Below the pieces are notes generated by a model that did no database searches, had not been told where the DNA came from, and was given only the letters and a program-made list of their open reading frames with translations. A DNA stretch of 32,000 nt from an uncultured Oscillibacter sp. Lineage in GTDB: Bacteria > Bacillota > Clostridia > Oscillospirales > Oscillospiraceae. Shown here piece by piece: positions 18,345 to 25,698 of this stretch (positions are counted from its first letter, which is position 1; each line of letters opens with the position of its first letter). The DNA lies in NCBI GenBank assembly GCA_910577405.1, contig CAJTMG010000021.1, positions 2,189-34,188 of the forward strand. Direction: 5' to 3'. Made by a program: the position numbers and the translations under genes.

Positions 18345-18544
18345 TTTTTATGAAGGCACAACGAATTAAATTTATCTGCATACCAGATGCGATTATCTTT
18401 GCAGATAGCAGAAAGGAAGCCATTTCTATGATTCACAAAGGAGTGTTCGAAAAATGTAAAAATGTCATCGTATCTCTTAGCAGCGGCGAGCAATTCAATT
18501 TGCATTCTCCGCGAAGCAAAGAATACTTTGGATTGAGGATTTAG
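18341..18544 (+). CDS. Hypothetical protein (start 18341 or 18350)
   Basis: Overlaps the previous stop (ATGA); weak SD. Confidence 0.45.
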   Translation: MIFMKAQRIKFICIPDAIIFADSRKEAISMIHKGVFEKCKNVIVSLSSGEQFNLHSPRSKEYFGLRI

Positions 18545-18576
18545 CTTTATGGGACTTGTAATAGAAATATCTGCGT

Positions 18577-18930
18577 ATGTTGGAGTGTGCATACTCTGGT
18601 GCAAAAATGAACGACGACTTAGAAATCATGTGTCGCCTTTCAAGAGCAATTATTGCATTTAGCTACGACGATATTTTCGCCACTCCCACATGGGAACAGA
18701 TGATGGAATCGTATACGATGAAAGGTAAATCCATTAACAAGAAGTATAACTGCGTTTATGCAGAGGACGGTGATATATACCTGAATCCATTCTTTGGGGA
18801 TTTGTGGGTTGTTGATGGAAAATCGTTCATCAAAATAAATAACGGATATGCTATTGATATTAACGAGCCTGAAGGATTCATCAAAGTAGGTCATATCAAT
18901 GGTGTTGTCAACAAACGAATGAAAGGCTGA
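18577..18930 (+). CDS. Hypothetical protein (start uncertain, 18577 or 18607)
   Basis: Open frame of 117 aa with no strong SD at either ATG. Confidence 0.5.
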   Translation: MLECAYSGAKMNDDLEIMCRLSRAIIAFSYDDIFATPTWEQMMESYTMKGKSINKKYNCVYAEDGDIYLNPFFGDLWVVDGKSFIKINNGYAIDINEPEGFIKVGHINGVVNKRMKG

Positions 18931-18937
18931 TTTTATT

Positions 18938-19093
18938 TTGAAACAGGAATCATGGATTGCTCGAATTATAAATCGACTGTTAGAGCGTCTTGGAATAATC
19001 AAAATGTATGGAATTAGCAAAGAGGATATGTGCAAAGGTGCGCAATCTATTTGCAATAGAAATTGTGATTCTTGCGCATGGAAAAGTGAATGA
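18938..19093 (+). CDS. Possible small Cys-rich ORF (51 aa) below the ORF-track cutoff
   Basis: My own translation from TTG 18938: KQESWIARIINRLLERLGIIKMYGISKEDMCKGAQSICNRNCDSCAWKSE, then stop. It fills an otherwise empty 187-nt gap. GAAAGG lies about 10 nt upstream. Confidence 0.3.
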   Translation: MKQESWIARIINRLLERLGIIKMYGISKEDMCKGAQSICNRNCDSCAWKSE

Positions 19094-19117
19094 AAGGTTA
19101 ATTTGGTGGTGGTATAA

Positions 19118-19450
19118 ATGGCAGAATTGTGTTTGAAATGTTTCCTTGAAACTTGGCGTCCAAACGCATATGACCGTGCCCATATTGTAATGAGCAAAGA
19201 CAATGAGTTTTGCGAAGGATGTATGGATTGCGTTCCGTATGTAGACCATATCGACCCGTCTGATTTGCGGCGCACTCCAACGGTAGCAGACTTTGTTCAG
19301 GTAGTGGTTCCAGAAATAAAGGCTGGGCGTAAAATTGCCTGCACAGAATGCGGTGCCACTTTTGAAGATGATGATTTGGCTTTTGCGCATGAAGTCGGTG
19401 AATGTCCATACTGCCACACACAAGTCAGGGCGCTTTGGATGAGAGAATAA
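19118..19450 (+). CDS. Cys-rich protein, paralogue of 15424..15603 with an extra C-terminal Zn ribbon
   Basis: See 15424..15603. The additional C-terminus carries CTECG...CPYC. SD GGTGGTGG upstream. Confidence 0.65.
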   Translation: MAELCLKCFLETWRPNAYDRAHIVMSKDNEFCEGCMDCVPYVDHIDPSDLRRTPTVADFVQVVVPEIKAGRKIACTECGATFEDDDLAFAHEVGECPYCHTQVRALWMRE

Positions 19451-19463
19451 TTTGGTGACGTGT

Positions 19464-19904
19464 ATGGTAAATGTACTGTTTGATAGGCTGTTGGATATGT
19501 CTGGAATTGATACAAAAGAAGTATGGTGTTGGCCCGACTCACAGCCATTTTCTCTTGAAGATGTTTTGGAACAAAAGAAAATCGGACTCTTAGGGGATAA
19601 AACACCGTATGGAGATACATGGAGGCACCCAGTAAAAGAATCTCGTGATAGAGGATATCATATAGCAAGGATAATTTACTTTATGGAGAATCCGCAAGAA
19701 ATAGATGGAATCGAAGTAGACAATCCTTGTTTTGATAATGGTATTTTACCTGGATGTAAAATTATTGATGGACGGCATAGAGTAGCAGCAGGAATTTTAA
19801 TTGGCTTGAAAACTGTAAAAATTGAATATGGTGGTCGGTCTGATATAGAAGACTACTTAATGGGTATAAGCGAAGAACGACCGGAAGAAATTCTAACTTT
19901 ATAA
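19464..19904 (+). CDS. ParB/Srx-fold (ParB-like nuclease domain) protein
   Basis: IIDGRHRVAAGILIG contains the DGxHR motif of ParB N-terminal/sulfiredoxin-fold domains. ATG 19464 follows TTGGTGA. Confidence 0.7.
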   Translation: MVNVLFDRLLDMSGIDTKEVWCWPDSQPFSLEDVLEQKKIGLLGDKTPYGDTWRHPVKESRDRGYHIARIIYFMENPQEIDGIEVDNPCFDNGILPGCKIIDGRHRVAAGILIGLKTVKIEYGGRSDIEDYLMGISEERPEEILTL

Positions 19905-19928
19905 AAGATTAGTTTGGTGGTGAGAACT

Positions 19929-20129
19929 ATGTTACAAAAGAAAAGTCTGTACTGTTTTGAGTGTGGTAAAACAACACCGCATTCTTATATCGGGAGCAAA
20001 TCAATGTATGAGGGAACTGGTCTTGCCCGTATTATTATGGCCGCTGCTTCATTTGGTATGTCAGAAACATCATGGGCAGACAAGTATTGGCAGTGTGAAG
20101 TTTGCGGTAACATCAAAAGGCATGGTTAA
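19929..20129 (+). CDS. Hypothetical Zn-ribbon protein
   Basis: CFECG...CEVCG pairs flank a hydrophobic stretch (ARIIMAAASFGM). ATG 19929 follows GGTGGTGA. Confidence 0.5.
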   Translation: MLQKKSLYCFECGKTTPHSYIGSKSMYEGTGLARIIMAAASFGMSETSWADKYWQCEVCGNIKRHG

Positions 20130-20166
20130 TAAAATAAAGTTTTCATAAAAAGTAGGAGGTTTTCTA

Positions 20167-20457
20167 ATGAATTGTGGCATATGCAAAAAGACCGATGGAA
20201 TGTGTTACGCAAGCTACCCGCCTCAAGTCAGGTGTACCATTACAGGAAAATATCATCAATATAATGATGAATGCGACGTGCCCGATAAGACTATGGAAAA
20301 GAGGGGTAAGTTAGCTGGATTTCTCACTGAAGAACTTTTGGAAGAAATTCGGCGGAGGCCAGGAGAGTCCGACCCATGTGAATTGTGTGCGTACTATCCT
20401 CCATCCAGTCTGGGCGGGAAACCATGTTCCGTATGTCCTGCTAGTGGGATAAGATAA
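20167..20457 (+). CDS. Cys-rich protein sharing the C-terminal motif of the Lar-like protein
   Basis: SD AGGAGG 7 nt upstream. The C-terminus PCELCAYYPPSSLGGKPCSVCPA matches PCDLCMYNPPSSTDGKPCSMCPA at 15123..15410. Confidence 0.6.
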   Translation: MNCGICKKTDGMCYASYPPQVRCTITGKYHQYNDECDVPDKTMEKRGKLAGFLTEELLEEIRRRPGESDPCELCAYYPPSSLGGKPCSVCPASGIR

Positions 20458-20526
20458 CTTCATCTGTTTCCTTCTGGGACGCAGGGACAGTCTGAATCTA
20501 TTTTGCAGGCGATATGTAAAAGGATA

Positions 20527-20557
20527 CCAGCCGTCGCACGTAATGCAGAACGGCTGG
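20527..20557 (-). terminator. Candidate terminator hairpin for the minus-strand cassette
   Basis: CCAGCCGT (20527..20534) is the reverse complement of ACGGCTGG (20550..20557). On the minus strand the hairpin is followed by TATCCTTTTAC. It lies 43 nt downstream of the stop at 20600. The loop is long (15 nt), so this is a weak call. Confidence 0.3.
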
Positions 20558-20599
20558 CAGACAGACTTTCGCCGAATTTACGGAGTTGGAAACTACTCA

Positions 20600-20872
20600 T
20601 TACTGAGCAGCCGGGCGGACGATCACCCTTTCTTTAATACATTCTGATTTGAAGTAATCCCGTACAGTTCCATGCAATGATCTAGCCGTTTGGTCAAAAA
20701 ATGTATCCATGTCACATTCAGCATCATCACTGGTATGTTCCCGATAATAACAGAATTTGACCGCCTGGATTACTTTGTCGATTTGACCGCATAAATTTTC
20801 GCAACACTTACTTCTATTGGTACAAGAACTTGTCCTTACCTCAGAAGCGTTTGTGGAATTTCTATTGGTCAT
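20600..20872 (-). CDS. Hypothetical Cys-containing protein (90 aa), minus strand
   Basis: Open frame only; the SD is poor (GGGTAA). It is kept because it is co-oriented with the next gene and followed by a hairpin. Confidence 0.35.
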   Translation of the reverse strand: MTNRNSTNASEVRTSSCTNRSKCCENLCGQIDKVIQAVKFCYYREHTSDDAECDMDTFFDQTARSLHGTVRDYFKSECIKERVIVRPAAQ

Positions 20873-21028
20873 GTTTACCCAAGCTGTTACTACACAAATT
20901 GTGTGGATGAGTCATTTCTGCTCACCTCTTACAGTCACCTGCAAGTTCAGACTGTGCCTTCATCCCAGAGGGATGCTCCGTGTCCAGTCGTTAGATATTC
21001 AGTATCTACAAACAAAGCAGACTCTCTA

Positions 21029-21568
21029 TTAAAAAGGCCATTTTGTATATATACTATATGCAAAAAGGAATATTGAAAATGTAAGCATGACAGCAAACAT
21101 AATCCTCCATACAGCGAAAGTTTGAATGCGAGCAAGTAGATTCTTATAAAGAAATTTAGTCTCTTGATCTAAATGCAATTTTAAATTATACTCTTCTCCA
21201 GAAATAAATATTGTACGCCTTTTTAATGTATGATGGGCAATCATTACCGGACGGTTTATCGTTGGGCCTGACATTTCCTTGATTATTTGCTCAATAGCAT
21301 ACAATTGTTCGGAATCTGCAATCTCCATCAATCTGCCACGTTCAAATTGCTGCCAGGATGCAAAGGCAACTAAAACCGAAATAAAAGAAATACAACAACA
21401 TATTATGTCTGGTACATCACCAAAAGAGATTCCCCACAAAATTGATTCAGCTGTAAAAAGTAAAGCTGGTACATTCCAAACTAATTCATTATGAATTTGT
21501 TGCCTGTTTGACAATACTTGATATTGTATCTCAAGAAAACTGACATCTATACCGCTTTTATCGTTCAT
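21029..21568 (-). CDS. Membrane protein (two adjacent N-terminal TM helices plus one C-terminal TM helix), lysogeny-region moron
   Basis: Minus-strand SD AAAGGGA 7 nt upstream of ATG 21568. TM segments: VWNVPALLFTAESILWGISF, IICCCISFISVLVAFASW and FAVWRIMFAVMLTFSIFLFAYSIY. Confidence 0.65.
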   Translation of the reverse strand: MNDKSGIDVSFLEIQYQVLSNRQQIHNELVWNVPALLFTAESILWGISFGDVPDIICCCISFISVLVAFASWQQFERGRLMEIADSEQLYAIEQIIKEMSGPTINRPVMIAHHTLKRRTIFISGEEYNLKLHLDQETKFLYKNLLARIQTFAVWRIMFAVMLTFSIFLFAYSIYTKWPF

Positions 21569-21771
21569 TCTAATGTCCCTTTCTATTTATTGTAACCATC
21601 TATGTAAAAGATTCGTCATAAGAAATCAAAGTAAAATACAATCAGAGTATAACATATTTTTGGATGAAATGCAACATCAATATGGAACATTCACATTTTC
21701 TGGTATATACGCAAAACCTACACTCATATAAAAGCCTTATCGGAAATAGAATATACAGGAGGTGGAGCTAT

Positions 21772-21915
21772 GTGAAAAGGCAAGAGTTAAAATACATCTT
21801 CATAAATCCTAATACACAAGAAGACACAACAAAAGCATTGCAAAAAATTATTGTAGATAAAATATTGCAGCTCGATAACAATCGAAAAATGCAAACAACT
21901 GATCAGGCAACCTAA
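21772..21915 (+). CDS. Small ORF immediately upstream of the phage recombinase (47 aa)
   Basis: AGGAGGTGG 6 nt upstream of GTG 21772. The part of the tracked ORF from 21664 lacks an SD. Confidence 0.45.
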   Translation: MKRQELKYIFINPNTQEDTTKALQKIIVDKILQLDNNRKMQTTDQAT

Positions 21916-22014
21916 ACCCATATGACAGCAATGATAAAAGTCTTTATCTTTGCTGTCATTTATGTTATAATGATTATGGGTATAGGTTGGTTATTGAAAG
22001 GAGAACCAACGAAA

Positions 22015-23523
22015 ATGAGAATAGCCGCATATTGCCGTGTATCAACCGATGAAGAGAAACAGCTTGATAGCTTGGCGAACCAGAAAAATTTTTTTGAAGA
22101 GTATGCAGCAAAGAATGGTCACGTATTAGTACGTTTGTATGCTGATGAGGGCATTTCTGGGACCAGCTTGAAAAAGCGTGACGAGTTTATTAGACTTCTA
22201 TACGATGCCAAACTTGGATTATTTGACATGGTTGTTGTTAAAGACGTATCCAGGCTGGCAAGGAATACAGTAGACTTCCTGCAAAGCATCCGTACACTGA
22301 AAGGACTTGGAATAAATACACTGTTTCTCACTTCAAATATGGACAGCCTTGGTGAATCAGAATTCGTCCTTACGTTATTTGGTGCTATGGCGCAGGAAGA
22401 AAGCGCTAATCTTAGCAAGCGAGTAAAATTTGGCAAAGAAATCAGCGCAAAAAAAGGCAGGGTTCCGCAGAGAGTTTTCGGATATGATAGAATCGACAAC
22501 TTTACTCTCGTTATCAATGAAAAAGAAGCACAGATTGTTCGTGAAATTTACCGTATGTATATTGAAGAAGGGCTTGGATGTCGCAAAATCAGTATTAAAT
22601 TAAACGAATCTGGACATAAAACAAAATTTAATTGTGAATGGAACCCAAGAGGTGTTAGGCGTGTACTAGAAAATCCAATCTATAGTGGACACTATATCAA
22701 TCACAAATATGAAGTTGGAGACTACTTAGTAGGAAAGGTAGTACGTACTCCAGAGGACCAGCACTTTCACCATGATAGGCCAGAATGGGAGATCGTGTCT
22801 CCGGAAACATTTGCAAAAGCACAAAAACAGTTAGAAATGCGTCGAAAACAATATAATACCGGAGAACCATTTATGCAGGCACGATACAGTAGCAAGTACA
22901 TATTTAGCACTCTAATCAAATGTGAACATTGCGGTCGTTCCTTTTCAAGAAAAGTCCACAAATATGTTAATACTTATATATATTGGGTATGTCCAACAAA
23001 TTATCAATACACAGCAGAAAAATGTGATAATAAAACTAAATTAAGAGAGGACATCCTTCTTTCTAAAGTCAAAGAATATCTTGCATCATTGATTCAAGAC
23101 AAAAGCACTTTTGTAAATAAGATAATTGAAGAAATAGAGAAACAAAATCAAACAAAATGCATCAAACATGATGCCTCAGATATAAAAATGAAGCGTAAAC
23201 GTCTCATCGCAAAAAAAGAACGATACCAGGAAATGTACGCAAATGATGTAATGACCATGACCGAACTAAAAGAAAAGACAGCCGCAATTGCAGAAGAGCT
23301 AGAACGGCTTGACTGCTCAATGAAACAATATGCGCAAATGATTGCTTTTCAAAAGAATGGAGAAGATTACATAAGGCGTTATATACAAGATATCGAGCAA
23401 TTCCTAAATATGGAGACAGTAACGAACATAGATATGCGAAAAGTAATAAGTCGTATCACAGTAAACAAAGACAAAACCATAAAAATTGAACTGAAGAAAT
23501 TTGATATCGATGACATACTATAG
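22015..23523 (+). CDS. Large serine recombinase (phage integrase)
   Basis: MRIAAYCRVSTDEEKQLDSLANQ...VVVKDVSRLARN is the resolvase catalytic domain with the Ser in RVST. A recombinase/Zn-ribbon region (CEHCGRSF...WVCP) and a coiled-coil tail follow. SD AAAGGAG precedes ATG 22015. The hydrophobic extension from 21922 is not credible. Confidence 0.9.
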   Translation: MRIAAYCRVSTDEEKQLDSLANQKNFFEEYAAKNGHVLVRLYADEGISGTSLKKRDEFIRLLYDAKLGLFDMVVVKDVSRLARNTVDFLQSIRTLKGLGINTLFLTSNMDSLGESEFVLTLFGAMAQEESANLSKRVKFGKEISAKKGRVPQRVFGYDRIDNFTLVINEKEAQIVREIYRMYIEEGLGCRKISIKLNESGHKTKFNCEWNPRGVRRVLENPIYSGHYINHKYEVGDYLVGKVVRTPEDQHFHHDRPEWEIVSPETFAKAQKQLEMRRKQYNTGEPFMQARYSSKYIFSTLIKCEHCGRSFSRKVHKYVNTYIYWVCPTNYQYTAEKCDNKTKLREDILLSKVKEYLASLIQDKSTFVNKIIEEIEKQNQTKCIKHDASDIKMKRKRLIAKKERYQEMYANDVMTMTELKEKTAAIAEELERLDCSMKQYAQMIAFQKNGEDYIRRYIQDIEQFLNMETVTNIDMRKVISRITVNKDKTIKIELKKFDIDDIL

Positions 23524-23533
23524 AACCTACCTA

Positions 23534-23911
23534 TTTGATGTCAATGACATCCACCACGGCGACAGGCAGGTTGGAACGGCTCATGAGCTGCAAATCCGGC
23601 TCGCCAGTCCGCAGCTCGGAGGAGAAGATTTTCGCGTTTCCTTCACTGCCGAAGAGAATCGCCCGCTTGTCAAAGACGCACAGGCCCTCCACTGTTACCG
23701 GCGCGGGACAGCTCAGATACGCCTGAAGGGTCACAGAGTAGAAAAAGCGCATATCCACCGTGTAGAAGCCCCGATTGAAGCTCACAGGCTCCACGTCTAC
23801 ATACACGTACAGCAGCTTTGCACTGCCGCCCTTTACCGACAGCGCGCGGTTGATGACATCCACATACTGCATTTTCGGATAGAAACGCAGGTCTTCAATG
23901 CAGTCTTTATC
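23534..23911 (-). CDS. Middle segment of an interrupted host ORF (DKDCIEDLRFYP...VAVVDVIDIK)
   Basis: GC-rich coding sequence bounded on the right by the mini-element junction octamer (23904..23911) and on the left by the phage junction. A stop TAG occurs at 23531..23533, in AT-rich junction DNA. Confidence 0.65.
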
Positions 23912-24027
23912 GGAAGACACAGCGCCTTTGATACTTTTGGAAGCGACGGGCAATTCCGCAAAATCATATTGAAGAAAATACGCGGCCATGATATAATCAA
24001 ACCACTTTTTTGGAAAGGAGTGCGGCT

Positions 24028-24354
24028 ATGAAAGCATTTGATACGCGCTATAAACTTCTGGCGGATATGTATCAGGACGAATACTTTCCAGACTTTTTAG
24101 TGGACAAGGTAAAGGCGGAAATTCAGAAGGTAATCATTCTGCTGGAAAGCGGCGAAATTCAGACGGAAGTCATTCAGAAGAAGTTGGACGAGGCGGTTTG
24201 GGCCATCAATGATTTGCAGGCTGAATTCGACAAAAACGGCAGCGAAATTGAAACTGTCGCCCGGGACAGCATCGGAGAAACCGTCAAATATATTCTGGAG
24301 TGGTTCGGTATTCCCATTGATATCGAAGAGGCCGTCCGGGAGCGGGATTGGTAA
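24028..24354 (+). CDS. Hypothetical cytosolic protein (108 aa)
   Basis: SD AAAGGAG 7 nt upstream of ATG 24028. MYQDEYFPDFLVDK...ETVARDSIGE...WFGIPIDIEEAVRERDW looks like a conserved Firmicutes family (possibly DUF5713, from memory and unverified). Confidence 0.55.
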   Translation: MKAFDTRYKLLADMYQDEYFPDFLVDKVKAEIQKVIILLESGEIQTEVIQKKLDEAVWAINDLQAEFDKNGSEIETVARDSIGETVKYILEWFGIPIDIEEAVRERDW

Positions 24355-24475
24355 GTTTTCCAGCAGACAAGGCAGAAAAAAGGGGAATCTGAACGCCGTC
24401 AAAACACGCCTTTCTGTCATGCTTTGCCGGTAACTGTCTGGTCCTGTCTGATTGTTTATTTCCCGCGGAAGTCCG

Positions 24476-24754
24476 TCATATAATGCTTCCGTTTACCGAT
24501 ATAATTTCCTGTCCTGTAATGGCCTTTTCCGCAGTTTCTTGGGCGCGGCTGGCGACGGATTCCGAAGCAGGATTTTTCCGGGCTCTTGTGCAGTCGGCCG
24601 GACAAGAGCCCCAGCCGTCCGATATCGTTACGGACTCTACTTCCACCGGCTTTCCACGGATATAGATCACCTGCAAACCAGTGATTTTTGTGACCGTCAA
24701 AAGCGTCGCCTTTCCGTTCAGAATCTCCACATCCCTGTGAATGCTGATATCCAT
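24476..24754 (-). CDS. Hypothetical protein (92 aa)
   Basis: Minus-strand SD GGGAGGT 9 nt upstream of ATG 24754. Confidence 0.5.
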   Translation of the reverse strand: MDISIHRDVEILNGKATLLTVTKITGLQVIYIRGKPVEVESVTISDGWGSCPADCTRARKNPASESVASRAQETAEKAITGQEIISVNGSII

Positions 24755-24950
24755 TTCTTATCAACCTCCCAAGCCGTTCTATGCTCGCAGAGGCCGTCCT
24801 ATACGCGCTGCACCATGGAAATCTTGCGGCGCAGCGCCCAATAAAATCATTGCAACAGGCCGTCTATCAGCTTTACAAACAAATTCATCCACCGCAATTT
24901 GTAGGATTCCGCAATCTTTTGGAATTTCCTATATTTTCCTGATATACCTA

Positions 24951-24979
24951 TTGAAACCTTCCCTATCAAATGATAAAAT
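24951..24979 (+). promoter_or_regulatory. Candidate strong sigma-A type promoter with extended -10
   Basis: TTGAAA (24951..24956), a 17-nt spacer, then TGaTAAAAT (24971..24979). It points toward the AbrB-like gene and the recombinase. Confidence 0.4.
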
Positions 24980-25183
24980 GAAGAAGCAGGCAAGGTGTCC
25001 TCAGATATGGCGGTCTGTGTGCGTGTCAACCAATCAACCTGACCAGTATGCTCAAGCTGGATCAAGACTATGATTATTCGGCTTTCCAGCAGGGCGGTCT
25101 GGAAAATGGGTCCTGCGGCGGTTTTAATTTCTGTTGAAAATCGGGAAAAAGCATTCTTTATATGCAGAAGGAGGATTCAAAAT

Positions 25184-25366
25184 ATGCCTAATTCCCATGT
25201 GATTCAGTACCTTGACAACGAATGCAGCGTCCAGATTCCCGCAGAGTTTCTGGAGCAGCTCGGCATCCAGGCGGGCGAATGTGTGGAACTTACCTGTCGG
25301 GACGACGCAATCACCCTTGTAAAGGCCGGTTCTCCCGATTCCGGCGCCGGGGACGCGTCTCTTTGA
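25184..25366 (+). CDS. AbrB/SpoVT/MazE-type swapped-hairpin DNA-binding protein (60 aa)
   Basis: SD AAGGAGGA 8 nt upstream of ATG 25184. VQIPAEFLEQLGIQAGECVELTCRDDAITL is the SpoVT-AbrB pattern. Confidence 0.6.
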   Translation: MPNSHVIQYLDNECSVQIPAEFLEQLGIQAGECVELTCRDDAITLVKAGSPDSGAGDASL

Positions 25367-25698
25367 CCGTATCCGCAGCACGGGCAGGGAGGTGAGGCCA
25401 AAGACCGGCGGAACACTTTGCACGCGTCCATAAAAAATAACTATATTTTGTATATGCGACATATTGATAATACTAAAACAATGTGCTGTCATCTTCTTGA
25501 GGGAGGTGAAGCAAATGTTACAGACTATGCTCAGCATCCGAATGAACGACCAGCAGAAACGGGATTTTGACAGCATTTGCAGCGAACCGGGATCGTGTCC
25601 TGCAAGGAGCATTACGAATGAAGGCCAAAACAGATACAAAAGCAGCAACGCCCCCAGCCAAACGAGGTTGGGGGTATTCTTTTTGGAAGGAGGGCCGT

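Larger units (their letters stand above)
1..23530. mobile_element. Right arm of an integrated AT-rich temperate phage (SPbeta-like gene content). The left end lies outside the window.
   Basis: Dense co-oriented phage-type genes end in a large serine recombinase whose stop codon (23521..23523) sits at an abrupt composition switch. Spot counts of single 60-nt lines give 30-48% GC on the left and 67-72% GC on the right of ~23550. Confidence 0.8.

Noticed and set aside
20458-20600. Somewhat GC-richer, gene-free patch inside the phage; considered as a possible second junction or att site
   Set aside because: Both flanks are phage-like, and there is no recombinase-adjacent boundary or repeat. A hairpin here fits a terminator for the minus-strand cassette.
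21922-22014. Hydrophobic 31-aa N-terminal extension of the phage serine recombinase
   Set aside because: The canonical resolvase N-terminus MRIAAYCRVST begins at ATG 22015 with AAAGGAG upstream, and no SD precedes 21922.
23501-24031. 176-aa + strand ORF, and the 'MAAYFLQYDF...' N-terminal part (23912..23989) of the minus-strand ORF
   Set aside because: The + ORF is antisense to well-formed GC-rich coding sequence and crosses two junctions. The MAAYF extension lies in mini-element DNA with no SD, so the open frame continues fortuitously past the junction octamer.
24780-25183. ORFs 24741..25073 (+), 24847..25065 (-) and the 5' part of 25070..25366
   Set aside because: They have no SD and poor-looking sequences. 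The region is better explained as a non-coding control region with a candidate promoter. Only the AbrB-like part from ATG 25184 is credible.
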